A stretch of 26,173 nucleotides of DNA from an uncultured Candidatus Binatia bacterium (GCA_964515725.1 CAZEWD010000007.1:1-26173); one strand, 5' to 3'. Shown: positions 8,424 to 18,074, counted from the first letter of the stretch. Numbers and translations: made by a program. Notes: a model not told the origin generated them from the sequence alone.

Positions 8424-11400
8424 GCCCGCAACACCTCGATCTCGCTCCGTCCTCCACCGCACGGACTGACCTGGATCTGGACACCGATACGCTCTTTCAA
8501 CTCTGAAACGTGCGAGATCACTCCCACCTTGCGTCCTGTGGACTGCAACGATTCGAGTGCAGAGACAGCCATTGCGAGACTCCTATCGTCCAATGCACCA
8601 AAACCTTCATCGATGAATAGTGTTTCGACCTTGAGCCCCTGGCTGGTCGACATACTGGCCAGACCAAGTGCAAGCGCCAACGACACGAGAAAACGCTCAC
8701 CGCCGGAGAGATTGTGAACGCCGCGCACTTCATCACCCATATCCCGATCGACTACCTGGAGCGCGAGATCTCCGCCGGGAACGCATTCGAGATGGAACCG
8801 CGGCGCGAGATCTTTCAAATGACCGTTACTCCGCCGTAACAAGTGGTCGAGAGTCAGTCTCTGGACGAAGCCGCGGAATTTGGCCCCGTCGGCAGAACCG
8901 ATGATTTCGTCGAGCTGATACCAGATCGCAGCGGCAGCCGAGTGCGCAGCAAGTTCTTTGTGCAGATCCGCGACACTGGCACGAGCATGATCGTCCGCCT
9001 TGATCACAGCTTGTGCCTCTGCATATTCGTCGGTCGCCAACTGCTGTGCCTCTCTTGCCACCGTGAAGTTTTGCATCGTTGTCTCGCGATCCGCGTCCGG
9101 CTGCCCACTCCCTCGATGTTGCGCCAGAGTGCGGCGTTGTTCTTCGAGAGCGGCAGAGCTTGCAACCACCGCCTGGCGCAGCCCTTCGAGTCGTTTGCTT
9201 TCCGCGTTCCACCAGGCTTCCCCTTTCGTGAGTGCCACCGTCGCAGCTTCATGCGAGAGACCAGCTCGGGCGAGGCGATCCGTCAATTTTCCTTCTGCCT
9301 GTGAGAGAACATTGACCGCCTCTCTGTGCGCCTGCTGGAGAGCTTCCTCCCGGGTCCGAGCCTCAGTGAGCTCCGTGGCAACCGTTGTACGCCGGGTAAC
9401 GGCCCGCCTCTCATCGTTTTCGGCCATCTCGACACGATTCTTGTGTTCCGTGCGAACGTCGTTGACGGGTCTCCCGTCGATTACGGTCTTACGCCGCGCC
9501 TGCAATTCATCGTATCGCGCCGTTGCTCCTCTGACATCTTCTTCGACCAACTCAACCTGCGCACTTGTTGCTGTGAGAGAAGCAGCCAGTCCGGCAACTT
9601 CCGCTTGAAGCGAAGCGACCTGGCGTTGCTGCACTTCCAGACGAGCGCTCCGTTCCGACCATTGCCGGGCTGAGTCGATGCACAACCGATCGAGTGCGGA
9701 TGGATCTTTCCTCAACCGATTTCGCCAATCTGGCACGGCACCCCCCAGGGCCGTATCGAGTCGCTGTCCAATCGCATCCCGCGATGCGGTCTTTTCCTGA
9801 ATCAACAACCGTGCTGCATCTGCCTTACCACGGCAAAGGGCCTCGCGTTTCGTCCACTCGTCAATCTGCACGCGTAACTCCTGGCTTCGCTGTTCTTCCT
9901 GCTGACGTGCGGATTCGAGGGCGTTCAATCGAGCGATATGTTCGTCGAATGAGGCAATGTCGGCTGTAACGGCCTCCAACCTCGAAGAGATCATCTTCTC
10001 GAAGTGATCGAACGCGGCATCCGTGTCAGGTGTCACGGGGAGCGCAGGCAAGGCAGGTATCTCCATCCCCGCAACCGGAGCGGATCGTTCTATGGCAGCG
10101 ACGGCGTTGTCCCAGGAACCGGTCCACTCGAGGATTCGGGTCTCGATATTCACGCGAGCCTTCTGGAGACGTTCCAGTTCCGCTCTCGACGCATCCCGTT
10201 CGGCGCTCACCCGCGCTGCGCGCGCATTGAGTTCATCGAAACTCTGTTGCAGTTCAGCGACGCGTGCACGATCTTCTTCGAGTCGCTCATCGAGGATCCT
10301 GCTCTCGGTAGCAAATGGATGTTCTGTTGCACCGCACACGGGACAGGGCTGTTCGGGTTCGAGAAACGAACGGAGGTGTTCGGCTTGTTCGCTGACGGAT
10401 GCCTCGGAGCGGAGCAGGCCGTGGCGAGCTTCATCGACTCGCGCCCGGGCAACGGGTAGTTCGACCGCAATGGCGTCGAGGGTTTGTTCCGCGGTGGTCC
10501 CCTTACTCCTGCAGTCGGCGCTTTCCTGGCCATTCTCCTGGAGCGAACCCTGGAGGCGTACCAGTTCCCTTGCTGCAAAACGCGCGTTTTTTCCAGCGGT
10601 ACGTAGCTCCTGCAGCGCTTCACGAGTCTTGTCCAGCGCAGGCCGATTCACGGTAGCTATTTCGTCGCGTAGCGGAGAGAGTTCCGTTTCGAGGCGCTCG
10701 ATCGAGCGAAGTAACGCCTCTCGATCCGTTTCGGCGATCGAACGCTGTTGAATGGCATTCTCCGCGTCACGATCTTGCGAAGTCACCAGTGTGCTTTGTT
10801 CATCGATTTCCTGCGTGACTTTCGTCATGCTTTGCAAGTCGCCCTGAACCATCTCGAGTCGTTCGGCAAGGATTCTGGTGGCCCCGTTGTTTTCCAGCCA
10901 GACAGCAGTGGCATTCGACTCATTGACTGCTGCATCCAACTGCTCCTGTGCTGCCGAATGCCTGGCCATTGCAGCGTGGTGGTCGGAAACGGCCTTTTCA
11001 CACTCACGGATTTTACTTTCTCGGTCCGACCGAGCCTGTCCGATCAGAGTGTCCAACTCCTTTGCTTCGTCGAGCAAGGGTCCTATCTCATCGTAGGCAG
11101 CACGGGCCTTGCGACTTGTCTCCTGGGCTTCCTTTTCCGCGGCGAGTGCTTCCGTGTGGGTGTTCTCCAGACTTGCGTGTCGTTTCAGGGCCGAATCCAG
11201 GTCTACGGATAGCTGTTCCGTACGGTGGCGTGCCGACTCGGCCGCTTCGATCTCTGCGCGCAATCCGAAGGCTTTCTGTGCGAGATCCAAAGTCTGCCGA
11301 TCACCGGTTGCTGCGTCGTCGGCTCTCTGTGCCTCCACGAGTGCCCGTTCGCCTTCGTTCACCACTTTCGTCAGGTGTTCACAGCGATCAAACCATTCGA

Positions 11401-12190
11401 CGGCTTTTCTCAACGCTTCATATTCAGCGGTACGCAATTGAAGGGTCCGGTGCGTATCAGCAAGTCGTTTCTCAGCGGCCGTACGATCGGCATCCGACAA
11501 CACCGGTTGGGCGTCGAGCTGGATCCGCAGCCTCTCCTGCTTTTCCCGCTCGGCTTTGGCTCTCTGGTGAGCGGCCATCGAAAGCTTTGCATAGATCTGG
11601 GTACCCGTAATCCGCTCGAGGAGTTCAGCGCGCTGGCGCACATCGGCGCGGATGAAACTGTCGAACTCGCCCTGGGCAAGCAGGACGGCTCGCCGGAACT
11701 GTTCGAAATCGAGACCGACGCGCTTCTGGATTTCGACAAGAGTATCCATCTTTTTGTCGCCGATCGTCTGGCCAGTCTCGACGTCCGTCAGGGTGATCGT
11801 TTGTGCCTGTAGGTTGCCGCTCGCTCGCCCGCGGGCACGACGTACCTCCCAACGCGAGAGGTAGCGTCGTTGATCCTGCCCCACGAATTCGACCTCGGCG
11901 TAACCGGAGCCGGTACCATGCCGCAGAATACCGCGTACATCGGCGTATCGGACCTGGGCAGCATCCGGGCCTTCCCGGCCCACCCTGGCACGGTGATCCG
12001 CCGCCGCCAGGCGCGGCACACGATCGTAGAGAGCAAGGCAGATGGCATCGAGCAGGGTCGACTTGCCCGAACCAGTGTGTCCGGTGATTGCGAATAAACC
12101 AGCGCTTTGGAGTGGATCGGCCTCGAAATCGATCACGAAGGGCCCTGCCAGACTCGCGAGATTCTCTCCCGAAACCTTCAGCACTCTCAT
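8420..12190 (-). CDS. sbcC: SbcC (Rad50-like SMC ATPase subunit of SbcCD)
   Basis: Walker A GHTGSGKST, long coiled coils, zinc hook CPVCG, signature LSGGERF, Walker B/D-loop LFIDEGFGALD, H-switch VISH. Confidence 0.96.
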   Translation of the reverse strand: MRVLKVSGENLASLAGPFVIDFEADPLQSAGLFAITGHTGSGKSTLLDAICLALYDRVPRLAAADHRARVGREGPDAAQVRYADVRGILRHGTGSGYAEVEFVGQDQRRYLSRWEVRRARGRASGNLQAQTITLTDVETGQTIGDKKMDTLVEIQKRVGLDFEQFRRAVLLAQGEFDSFIRADVRQRAELLERITGTQIYAKLSMAAHQRAKAEREKQERLRIQLDAQPVLSDADRTAAEKRLADTHRTLQLRTAEYEALRKAVEWFDRCEHLTKVVNEGERALVEAQRADDAATGDRQTLDLAQKAFGLRAEIEAAESARHRTEQLSVDLDSALKRHASLENTHTEALAAEKEAQETSRKARAAYDEIGPLLDEAKELDTLIGQARSDRESKIRECEKAVSDHHAAMARHSAAQEQLDAAVNESNATAVWLENNGATRILAERLEMVQGDLQSMTKVTQEIDEQSTLVTSQDRDAENAIQQRSIAETDREALLRSIERLETELSPLRDEIATVNRPALDKTREALQELRTAGKNARFAARELVRLQGSLQENGQESADCRSKGTTAEQTLDAIAVELPVARARVDEARHGLLRSEASVSEQAEHLRSFLEPEQPCPVCGATEHPFATESRILDERLEEDRARVAELQQSFDELNARAARVSAERDASRAELERLQKARVNIETRILEWTGSWDNAVAAIERSAPVAGMEIPALPALPVTPDTDAAFDHFEKMISSRLEAVTADIASFDEHIARLNALESARQQEEQRSQELRVQIDEWTKREALCRGKADAARLLIQEKTASRDAIGQRLDTALGGAVPDWRNRLRKDPSALDRLCIDSARQWSERSARLEVQQRQVASLQAEVAGLAASLTATSAQVELVEEDVRGATARYDELQARRKTVIDGRPVNDVRTEHKNRVEMAENDERRAVTRRTTVATELTEARTREEALQQAHREAVNVLSQAEGKLTDRLARAGLSHEAATVALTKGEAWWNAESKRLEGLRQAVVASSAALEEQRRTLAQHRGSGQPDADRETTMQNFTVAREAQQLATDEYAEAQAVIKADDHARASVADLHKELAAHSAAAAIWYQLDEIIGSADGAKFRGFVQRLTLDHLLRRSNGHLKDLAPRFHLECVPGGDLALQVVDRDMGDEVRGVHNLSGGERFLVSLALALGLASMSTSQGLKVETLFIDEGFGALDDRSLAMAVSALESLQSTGRKVGVISHVSELKERIGVQIQVSPCGGGRSEIEVLRA

Positions 12191-13428
12191 GCGACACCGT
12201 TCTCCCCATCCGCAGGATTTTCCACATCTGCCAGGATTTCCTGGAACGCTTTCAGAAGCGCCTCCGAAGGCGAATTGTGGTGCTTTGTCTCGTGGCAGCT
12301 CACGAACACCGCCTCGGGACTCAGCTCGTCCAGCGTCGTGTCCGACTCGGCGGCGGATTCATGCCATCGATCCTGCGTGAGACCCTCTCGTACGACACGT
12401 GTCAGACGTACGGGTTTACCCCTGAGGGCCACCTCGATACGCCGTCTCAGTTCGGGGGTTGGACTCTCGAGACGCACGGCCACCTCCAGAAAAGGGCGGC
12501 GGTCATCGTCCAGCTCCGGCACATCGATTTTTTCCAACAGGGTTTCCACTTCTTCGAGAGGTGCCGCACCCGAGTCGGGAATTCGCAGGAAAGAGACAGA
12601 TCGTGGAATCCTTATCGTGCGGATTTCGTCGATATCGGTCTCGCCGAAATCGATCACGACAATCGAATGGGCGTAGTCCTTTTCCGTTACCGACATCGGA
12701 AAAGGTGCACCGGCGTAGCGAACATGCTTTTTGCCACCGACTCTCTGGGGACGATGGAGATGTCCCAGTGCAACGTAATTGACGGCCTCGGGAAACAGAT
12801 CGACCGAGAATGCCTCTTCCCCACCAATCAGGATGCGACGTTCACTGAGCTCCGACAGTTGCGCCCCTTTGATATGGAGGTGGCCGGTTACCAGCAACGG
12901 CAGCCGGCCGCGCAGGGAATCCGCAGCGGTGACGACTTCACGGTAGAGTCTGGTGACGGCACATTCTCCCGACTCGACCAGGGGAAGGTCGGCCGGGCGG
13001 AGGTATGGGACCGATGCACACACGAGCCGTGCCGCCCCGCTCCTGTCACGCAATGTGGTGAGGACGCGTTCCGGTGCTACCTTTCCCCCTGCACGGGGCA
13101 TTCCGCCCGTGAGCGTGACGCGAAGGGGATCGAGCAGGGGAGCGGGCAATTCGACTCGAGCTGCCGAATCGTGGTTACCGGCAATCATGACAATTTGCAG
13201 CTCCGGCAAATCGGCGGTGATGTCGTGAAGAAACCGGTACAGGCGTCGCTGTGCCGCCACGGGGGGATTAACGCTATCGAAAAGATCGCCGGTCACAACG
13301 AGGGCATCGGCTTCGAGTTCCACGAGCTGGCGGCGCAGCCAGGCCAGAAATTCCTCGTGTTCGATCCCCCGGTCGAAGTTGTAGAGATCATGCCCGAGGT
13401 GCCAATCGGAAGTATGCACCAGCCTCAT
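12187..13428 (-). CDS. sbcD: SbcD (Mre11-like nuclease subunit)
   Basis: HTSDWHLG, GDLFD, GNHD, GHLH, ALGHLH, RYAGAP phosphoesterase motifs. ATG at 13428 follows an AAGGGA RBS; the stop overlaps the sbcC start (ATGA). Confidence 0.96.
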   Translation of the reverse strand: MRLVHTSDWHLGHDLYNFDRGIEHEEFLAWLRRQLVELEADALVVTGDLFDSVNPPVAAQRRLYRFLHDITADLPELQIVMIAGNHDSAARVELPAPLLDPLRVTLTGGMPRAGGKVAPERVLTTLRDRSGAARLVCASVPYLRPADLPLVESGECAVTRLYREVVTAADSLRGRLPLLVTGHLHIKGAQLSELSERRILIGGEEAFSVDLFPEAVNYVALGHLHRPQRVGGKKHVRYAGAPFPMSVTEKDYAHSIVVIDFGETDIDEIRTIRIPRSVSFLRIPDSGAAPLEEVETLLEKIDVPELDDDRRPFLEVAVRLESPTPELRRRIEVALRGKPVRLTRVVREGLTQDRWHESAAESDTTLDELSPEAVFVSCHETKHHNSPSEALLKAFQEILADVENPADGENGVA

Positions 13429-13622
13429 GTCCAATCCCTTTCCGCGTAACGCCAAATCAAATTGTACGGCAGAGATCACCACCCGGTCGCTGGATTCCGT
13501 TCTTTAGCTGAAGATGGAGACTGGCGACGTCGGAAGATGGGAGTTTTTTTACCCAAAGTGGATGACCGACGATGGAAAATGAATGTTTGACACATCGCCT
13601 TTAAGAGTCCAGAAAAGGTCAT

Positions 13623-14642
13623 ATGCCAGTCGAACATCTCACCAAAAACGAAGAGCCAACCGCAGCCCCGAAAACTCCGGCATCCCGCCTGCCACCCAGC
13701 GTGGAGGGGCCGGATATCCACATGCATACGTCCCGAATCGACATCAAGATCGGTTTTGCCTGTAACAATAAGTGTGATTTCTGTGTGCAGGGAGACAAAC
13801 GCTACCGGTACGGTCCGCGTCCTTTCGATCAGATGCGAGCCGACCTGGAGGATGGGCGGCGGCGGGGAGCAAGAGGCATCGTGATTACGGGCGGAGAGCC
13901 AACGATCCACAGCAACGTGCTGGATGTCGTCAGTCTTGCCCGTGAGATGGGCTACGAAACGGTGCAGATCCAGTCGAATGGCCGCATGTTCTCGCATCTG
14001 CCATTTTGTGAAAAGGCAATTGCCGCGGGTGCCAACGAGTTTGCACTATCGCTTCATGGATCGACGGCCGAAACACACGAGAAGCTGGTACGTGCGTCCG
14101 GGGCGTTCCGGCAGGTTGTCAACGGGATTCGTAACCTGGCTCGGCTCGGGCAATTCGTGATCATGAACACGGTCATCACATCCGTGAATTACCGTGAACT
14201 CCCCGACCTCGCGCGGCTGATGGTTGGGTTGGGTGTACGCCAATATCAGTTCGCTTTTGTGCATATTCTGGGTACGGCGGCCAAGAACGCCACCTGGCTC
14301 GTGCCACGAAAGACGGATGTCATGCCGTTCGTCAAAGAGGGACTGGATGTGGGACTTCAGGCCGGTGTGCGTTGCATGACCGAGGCAATCCCATACTGCT
14401 TGATGACGGGTTACGAGCCCTATGTGGCCGAGCTGATCATCCCTCGTACGACGGTCTTCGATGCTGACATGATGCTCAACGATTACACGGAGTATCGCCT
14501 GACGGAGGGTAAGGCCAAGGGACCGAACTGTCGCAGTTGTGTTTATTTCGACCGTTGCGAAGGGCCCTGGGTGGAGTATCCGGAACTTTTCGGTTGGGAG
14601 GAATTTCAACCAGTCCTGGAACTGCCTGAGACGGATCGCTGA
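13623..14642 (+). CDS. HxsC-like radical SAM protein
   Basis: IKIGFACNNKCDFCVQG (CxxxCxxC), ITGGEPT, IQSNG, LSLHG, EAIPYCLM and C-terminal CRSCVYFDRCEGPWVEYPELFGWEEFQP. The true start may be ATG 13722. Confidence 0.85.
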   Translation: MPVEHLTKNEEPTAAPKTPASRLPPSVEGPDIHMHTSRIDIKIGFACNNKCDFCVQGDKRYRYGPRPFDQMRADLEDGRRRGARGIVITGGEPTIHSNVLDVVSLAREMGYETVQIQSNGRMFSHLPFCEKAIAAGANEFALSLHGSTAETHEKLVRASGAFRQVVNGIRNLARLGQFVIMNTVITSVNYRELPDLARLMVGLGVRQYQFAFVHILGTAAKNATWLVPRKTDVMPFVKEGLDVGLQAGVRCMTEAIPYCLMTGYEPYVAELIIPRTTVFDADMMLNDYTEYRLTEGKAKGPNCRSCVYFDRCEGPWVEYPELFGWEEFQPVLELPETDR

Positions 14643-14765
14643 GCTTCTCCGGCCTCGGGGTTGTCCGTCTGGGAAAAATCAAGGTATGCGTTCCGGCAAA
14701 AGAAACACCTCTGCACGGGCATGGAGAACGCCTTCATTCGAACTGAAACACCGATTCTGAAGTTG

Positions 14766-15833
14766 ATGCGATCCGTTATCTCCATCGCACTGGTCGGGAT
14801 CTGGTTCTCCGTCCGGCCTGTGGGGGCGGTCGAGATCTGTCCAGGAGATTGCGACGGTAGCGGTCGTGTCTCACGGCTGGAGATCACGCGAGCGGTAGGG
14901 ATGATCTTTGGAGAAGGCGACCCGTCGCGTTGCGCACCGATCGACGTGGATGAGAATGGAAGCGTGACCGCAGGAGATCTTGTGGCCGCTCTATTCGTTG
15001 CCATCAATGGATGTCCGCGCTCTGACACCGCCTGCAACGGGTCCGAGGCACTGTGTGAACGTCGTTACGATGAGGTGTCCTATCCGACGACGCACAACGC
15101 CATGGCAAACACCGAGGATGGTTTTCAGAGTCCGAACCAGACCTACAACGTGAGCACGCAACTCCGAGACGGAGTGCGTGCCTTGATGCTGGATATCTAC
15201 GACTACAACGGAGAGATCACTCTCTGCCATGCGGACTGTGAGCTGTTCGGGCACAGGCCGCTCGTCGACACGCTACGCGAGATCCGTACCTTCCTGGAGG
15301 AGAGGCCGCGTGAGATCGTTACGCTAATTTTCGAAGCGTATGTCTCGGCGGCGGACACGGAAACGGTCTTTGCCGACAGCGGACTCCTTGATTACGTCCA
15401 CGTGCAGACCGTGGGCGAACCGTGGCCGACGTTGTCGGCGATGATCGAGAGTGGGAAACGTCTCGTGGTGTTCAGCGATCGGGATCAGGGAGAACGGCCG
15501 TGGTATCTCTACGTCTGGGATTACGCGTTCGAGACGCCCTACTCGTTCGTGCATCCTCAGGATTTCGTTTGCACGCCGAACCGCGGCGATCCATCCCACT
15601 CGCTCTTCATCCTGAACCATTTTCTGACCAGGCCGACGGGTAGTATCAATCTGGCACGACGGGTGAATTTCAATCCGCTTTTCATGGATCGTGCTCTGCA
15701 ATGCATGCACGAGGATGAGCGGCTGCCGAATTTTGTGACGGTTGATTTCTACGAACTCGGCGATCTCCTGGATGTCGTCGACGAACTCAATTTCCCAGGA
15801 ACAGACAGTCCTGGGGATGGGCCGCTGACCTAA
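14766..15833 (+). CDS. Secreted PLC-like phosphodiesterase (PI-PLC X-domain-like) with an N-terminal dockerin-like repeat
   Basis: Signal-peptide-like MRSVISIALVGIWFSVRPVGA. Duplicated Ca-loop CPGDCDGSGRVS...CAPIDVDENGSVTAGDL...NGC. Catalytic-domain motifs THNA, NQ...QLRDGVRALMLD, LCH, EIVTLIFE, GKRLVVF, LNHFL, NFVTVDFY. Confidence 0.82.
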   Translation: MRSVISIALVGIWFSVRPVGAVEICPGDCDGSGRVSRLEITRAVGMIFGEGDPSRCAPIDVDENGSVTAGDLVAALFVAINGCPRSDTACNGSEALCERRYDEVSYPTTHNAMANTEDGFQSPNQTYNVSTQLRDGVRALMLDIYDYNGEITLCHADCELFGHRPLVDTLREIRTFLEERPREIVTLIFEAYVSAADTETVFADSGLLDYVHVQTVGEPWPTLSAMIESGKRLVVFSDRDQGERPWYLYVWDYAFETPYSFVHPQDFVCTPNRGDPSHSLFILNHFLTRPTGSINLARRVNFNPLFMDRALQCMHEDERLPNFVTVDFYELGDLLDVVDELNFPGTDSPGDGPLT

Positions 15834-16106
15834 TCCCCATCCGTATCGGCAGCAGACGCATGGGCCGGGCGTGCGCGCTTCTGCTCGGCTCTGCCGCCGC
15901 CGCTTCCACTTGCACGGCGTGAGTTTGGCTGGGTCGGGCAGGTGTCCGTGACTCACGGGTCGTAGGCGGCTGCCCATGGAAGGATCGTTCGAGCGACTCA
16001 GCTATGGGTTCTTGCAGCCTTTCCAACTCCACCGAGATCAGACCAGTCGCCATGCCGTGCTCCGTACCGTTGCCGTCACTTCGATCGTTCATCTAGTGTG
16101 TCCCCA

Positions 16107-17225
16107 ATGAAGACCGTGCGACTCGGCATGATCGGCGCCGGAGTGATCGGCGCCACCCACTCCGCTGTCTTGCAGCAGATCCATCAGGCAGTTCCCGACT
16201 CCCTCGATCTGGTCGCAATCGCCGATCCGGTCGATCGCACACGAAACATGATCGGTGATCTCTACGATTACCGGTACCGCTACGCAGATGGCTTCGAACT
16301 CATTGAAAAATCCCCCGTCGATGCCGTCTTCATTTGCACGCCAACCGCTTTCCATGCCGACCTTGCCAAAGCAGCCGCCGCGCGTGGCCTCGCCCTGTTT
16401 TGCGAGAAACCGCTGGCGATGGATTGCTCCGAAGCACAAGACATCGCCGATGCTGTTACACGTGCTGGAATTCCAACACAGATTGGACTCGTCCTGCGCT
16501 ATGCAGCGCCCTTCACGGTGATCCGTGACCTCCTGCATGACCCCCGTGCCGGACAACCCATGGCCGTCATCTTCCGCGACGACCAGGTGTTCCCGATCCG
16601 TGGCGTCCACTTCAGCGCCTGGCGAGCCGATCCAACGCTGACCGCAGGCGGTACCCTGATCGAACATGGTGTACACGACCTCGATATCCTGCAGTGGCTG
16701 TTCGGACCCGCCATTCGTCTACGGGCCTGGGAACAAAACCATGCTGGCCACCCTGGCATCGAAGACTATATGGCGGTTGAACTGGAGTTCGTCAGTGGTT
16801 TACGCGCACAACTGGTGAACGTGTGGCACAACATGGTGCAACGTCCCTCGAACCGCCGTCTGGAGATCTTTTGCGAAAACGCCTTCATCGCCTGCGAGGG
16901 CGATTTCAATGCCGATATCATTTGCCAATACGGCGATGGTCCCCAGGAAGTCGTCCCTGCTCTGGAAGTCTTGCGACGCTTTCTCGAACATCACCCGAAT
17001 GCGCCGCCGGGCCTGGCCGATCTGTACGGTATCGCCTATCTCGTGCAGGATTACGAGTTCATCCGCAGCCTGCGTCACGGAACTCCCACACACCCATCCA
17101 TTCAGATCGGCGTGGAGGCACAGCTTCTTGCCGCGGCAACGTATCATGCCGCACGCACCGGTGATGAGGTGGACCTGATCCAGTTCAGAAAAACGCTGCA
17201 GACGGATGTCCATGGCGCCGGGTAG
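16107..17225 (+). CDS. Gfo/Idh/MocA family oxidoreductase
   Basis: GMIGAGVIG, ICTPTAFH, FCEKPLA, GGTLIEHGVHDLD. Confidence 0.92.
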   Translation: MKTVRLGMIGAGVIGATHSAVLQQIHQAVPDSLDLVAIADPVDRTRNMIGDLYDYRYRYADGFELIEKSPVDAVFICTPTAFHADLAKAAAARGLALFCEKPLAMDCSEAQDIADAVTRAGIPTQIGLVLRYAAPFTVIRDLLHDPRAGQPMAVIFRDDQVFPIRGVHFSAWRADPTLTAGGTLIEHGVHDLDILQWLFGPAIRLRAWEQNHAGHPGIEDYMAVELEFVSGLRAQLVNVWHNMVQRPSNRRLEIFCENAFIACEGDFNADIICQYGDGPQEVVPALEVLRRFLEHHPNAPPGLADLYGIAYLVQDYEFIRSLRHGTPTHPSIQIGVEAQLLAAATYHAARTGDEVDLIQFRKTLQTDVHGAG

Positions 17226-17252
17226 CGTAAACAGCCGGTGGCAAAGACAATC

Positions 17253-18053
17253 ATGGCAAAACTGATTTCCTATGAGGCGAAAACGGCCCTCATCACAGGG
17301 GCGTCGAGCGGCATCGGTGAACGACTGGCCCTGGAGATGGCGCATCGCGGCGCTCGGGTCATTCTCGTGGCACGTCGACTCGACGAACTTCAACGTGTCG
17401 CAAAAACGATCAACGACACGGGTGGCAAAGCGGTCGTCCTCGCCTGTGATGTTGCCGACCGTGCACGGGTCTTTGCCGCCGCGCAACACGCGCTCGATGA
17501 GTACGGGCCGATCGATATTCTGGTGAATAACGCCGGATATGGCCGGCATCGTCGCTTCATTCAGTGGGATCTCGACGACGCTGAGCGAATGATGACGGTC
17601 AATTTCTTCGGCAGTGTCTACTGGACCAGGGCGCTGCTGCCACAGATGATCGCACGCCGCTCGGGTTGGCTCGTGTTCATGGCCTCGGTGGCCGGAAAAC
17701 TCGGTGTTCCGGACGAAAGCCTCTATGCCGCAAGCAAGTTCGCACTGGTCGGGCTTGCCGAAGCACTCTCATACGAGGTGGAGGATGCCGGAGTGCACGT
17801 TCTCACAGTCTGCCCGGGCGCGATCAACACTCCCTTCTTCGACGAGGAAGCCATCGCCCGGATGCCGGCTGTCGCCAAACGGTTGATGATCGAGCCGGAT
17901 GTTCTCGTAACAGCAATTCTCAAGGCGCTGGCGCGAGGAAAGCGCGAGATCACCGTGCCCGGTATAATACGGGCGGGCTATATCGTTCGCGCCCTCTTTC
18001 CCGGGTTCATGCACCGGAATACGAAGCGCACCGCCCTACGCACTGACAGGTGA
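17253..18053 (+). CDS. Short-chain dehydrogenase/reductase
   Basis: TGASSGIG, NNAG, catalytic S...YAASK, VCPG. Start could alternatively be GTG 17238. Confidence 0.93.
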   Translation: MAKLISYEAKTALITGASSGIGERLALEMAHRGARVILVARRLDELQRVAKTINDTGGKAVVLACDVADRARVFAAAQHALDEYGPIDILVNNAGYGRHRRFIQWDLDDAERMMTVNFFGSVYWTRALLPQMIARRSGWLVFMASVAGKLGVPDESLYAASKFALVGLAEALSYEVEDAGVHVLTVCPGAINTPFFDEEAIARMPAVAKRLMIEPDVLVTAILKALARGKREITVPGIIRAGYIVRALFPGFMHRNTKRTALRTDR

Positions 18054-18074
18054 ACCGAAATCGACTCGCGTTCC

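Noticed and set aside
8424-8462. ORF-track N-terminal extension of metK
   Set aside because: Lies inside sbcC; the GTGA overlap at 8420-8423 gives a normal MetK N-terminus.
12088-13449. 453-aa plus-strand ORF
   Set aside because: Antisense shadow of sbcD; no recognisable motifs. Long shadow ORFs are expected in GC-rich coding DNA.
13587-13592. Perfect TTGACA -35 hexamer
   Set aside because: No acceptable -10 hexamer at 16-18 bp spacing (CCAGAAAA).
13476-13997. 173-aa minus-strand ORF as a possible first gene of the sbcD operon
   Set aside because: Mostly antisense to the radical SAM gene, no RBS or motif support.
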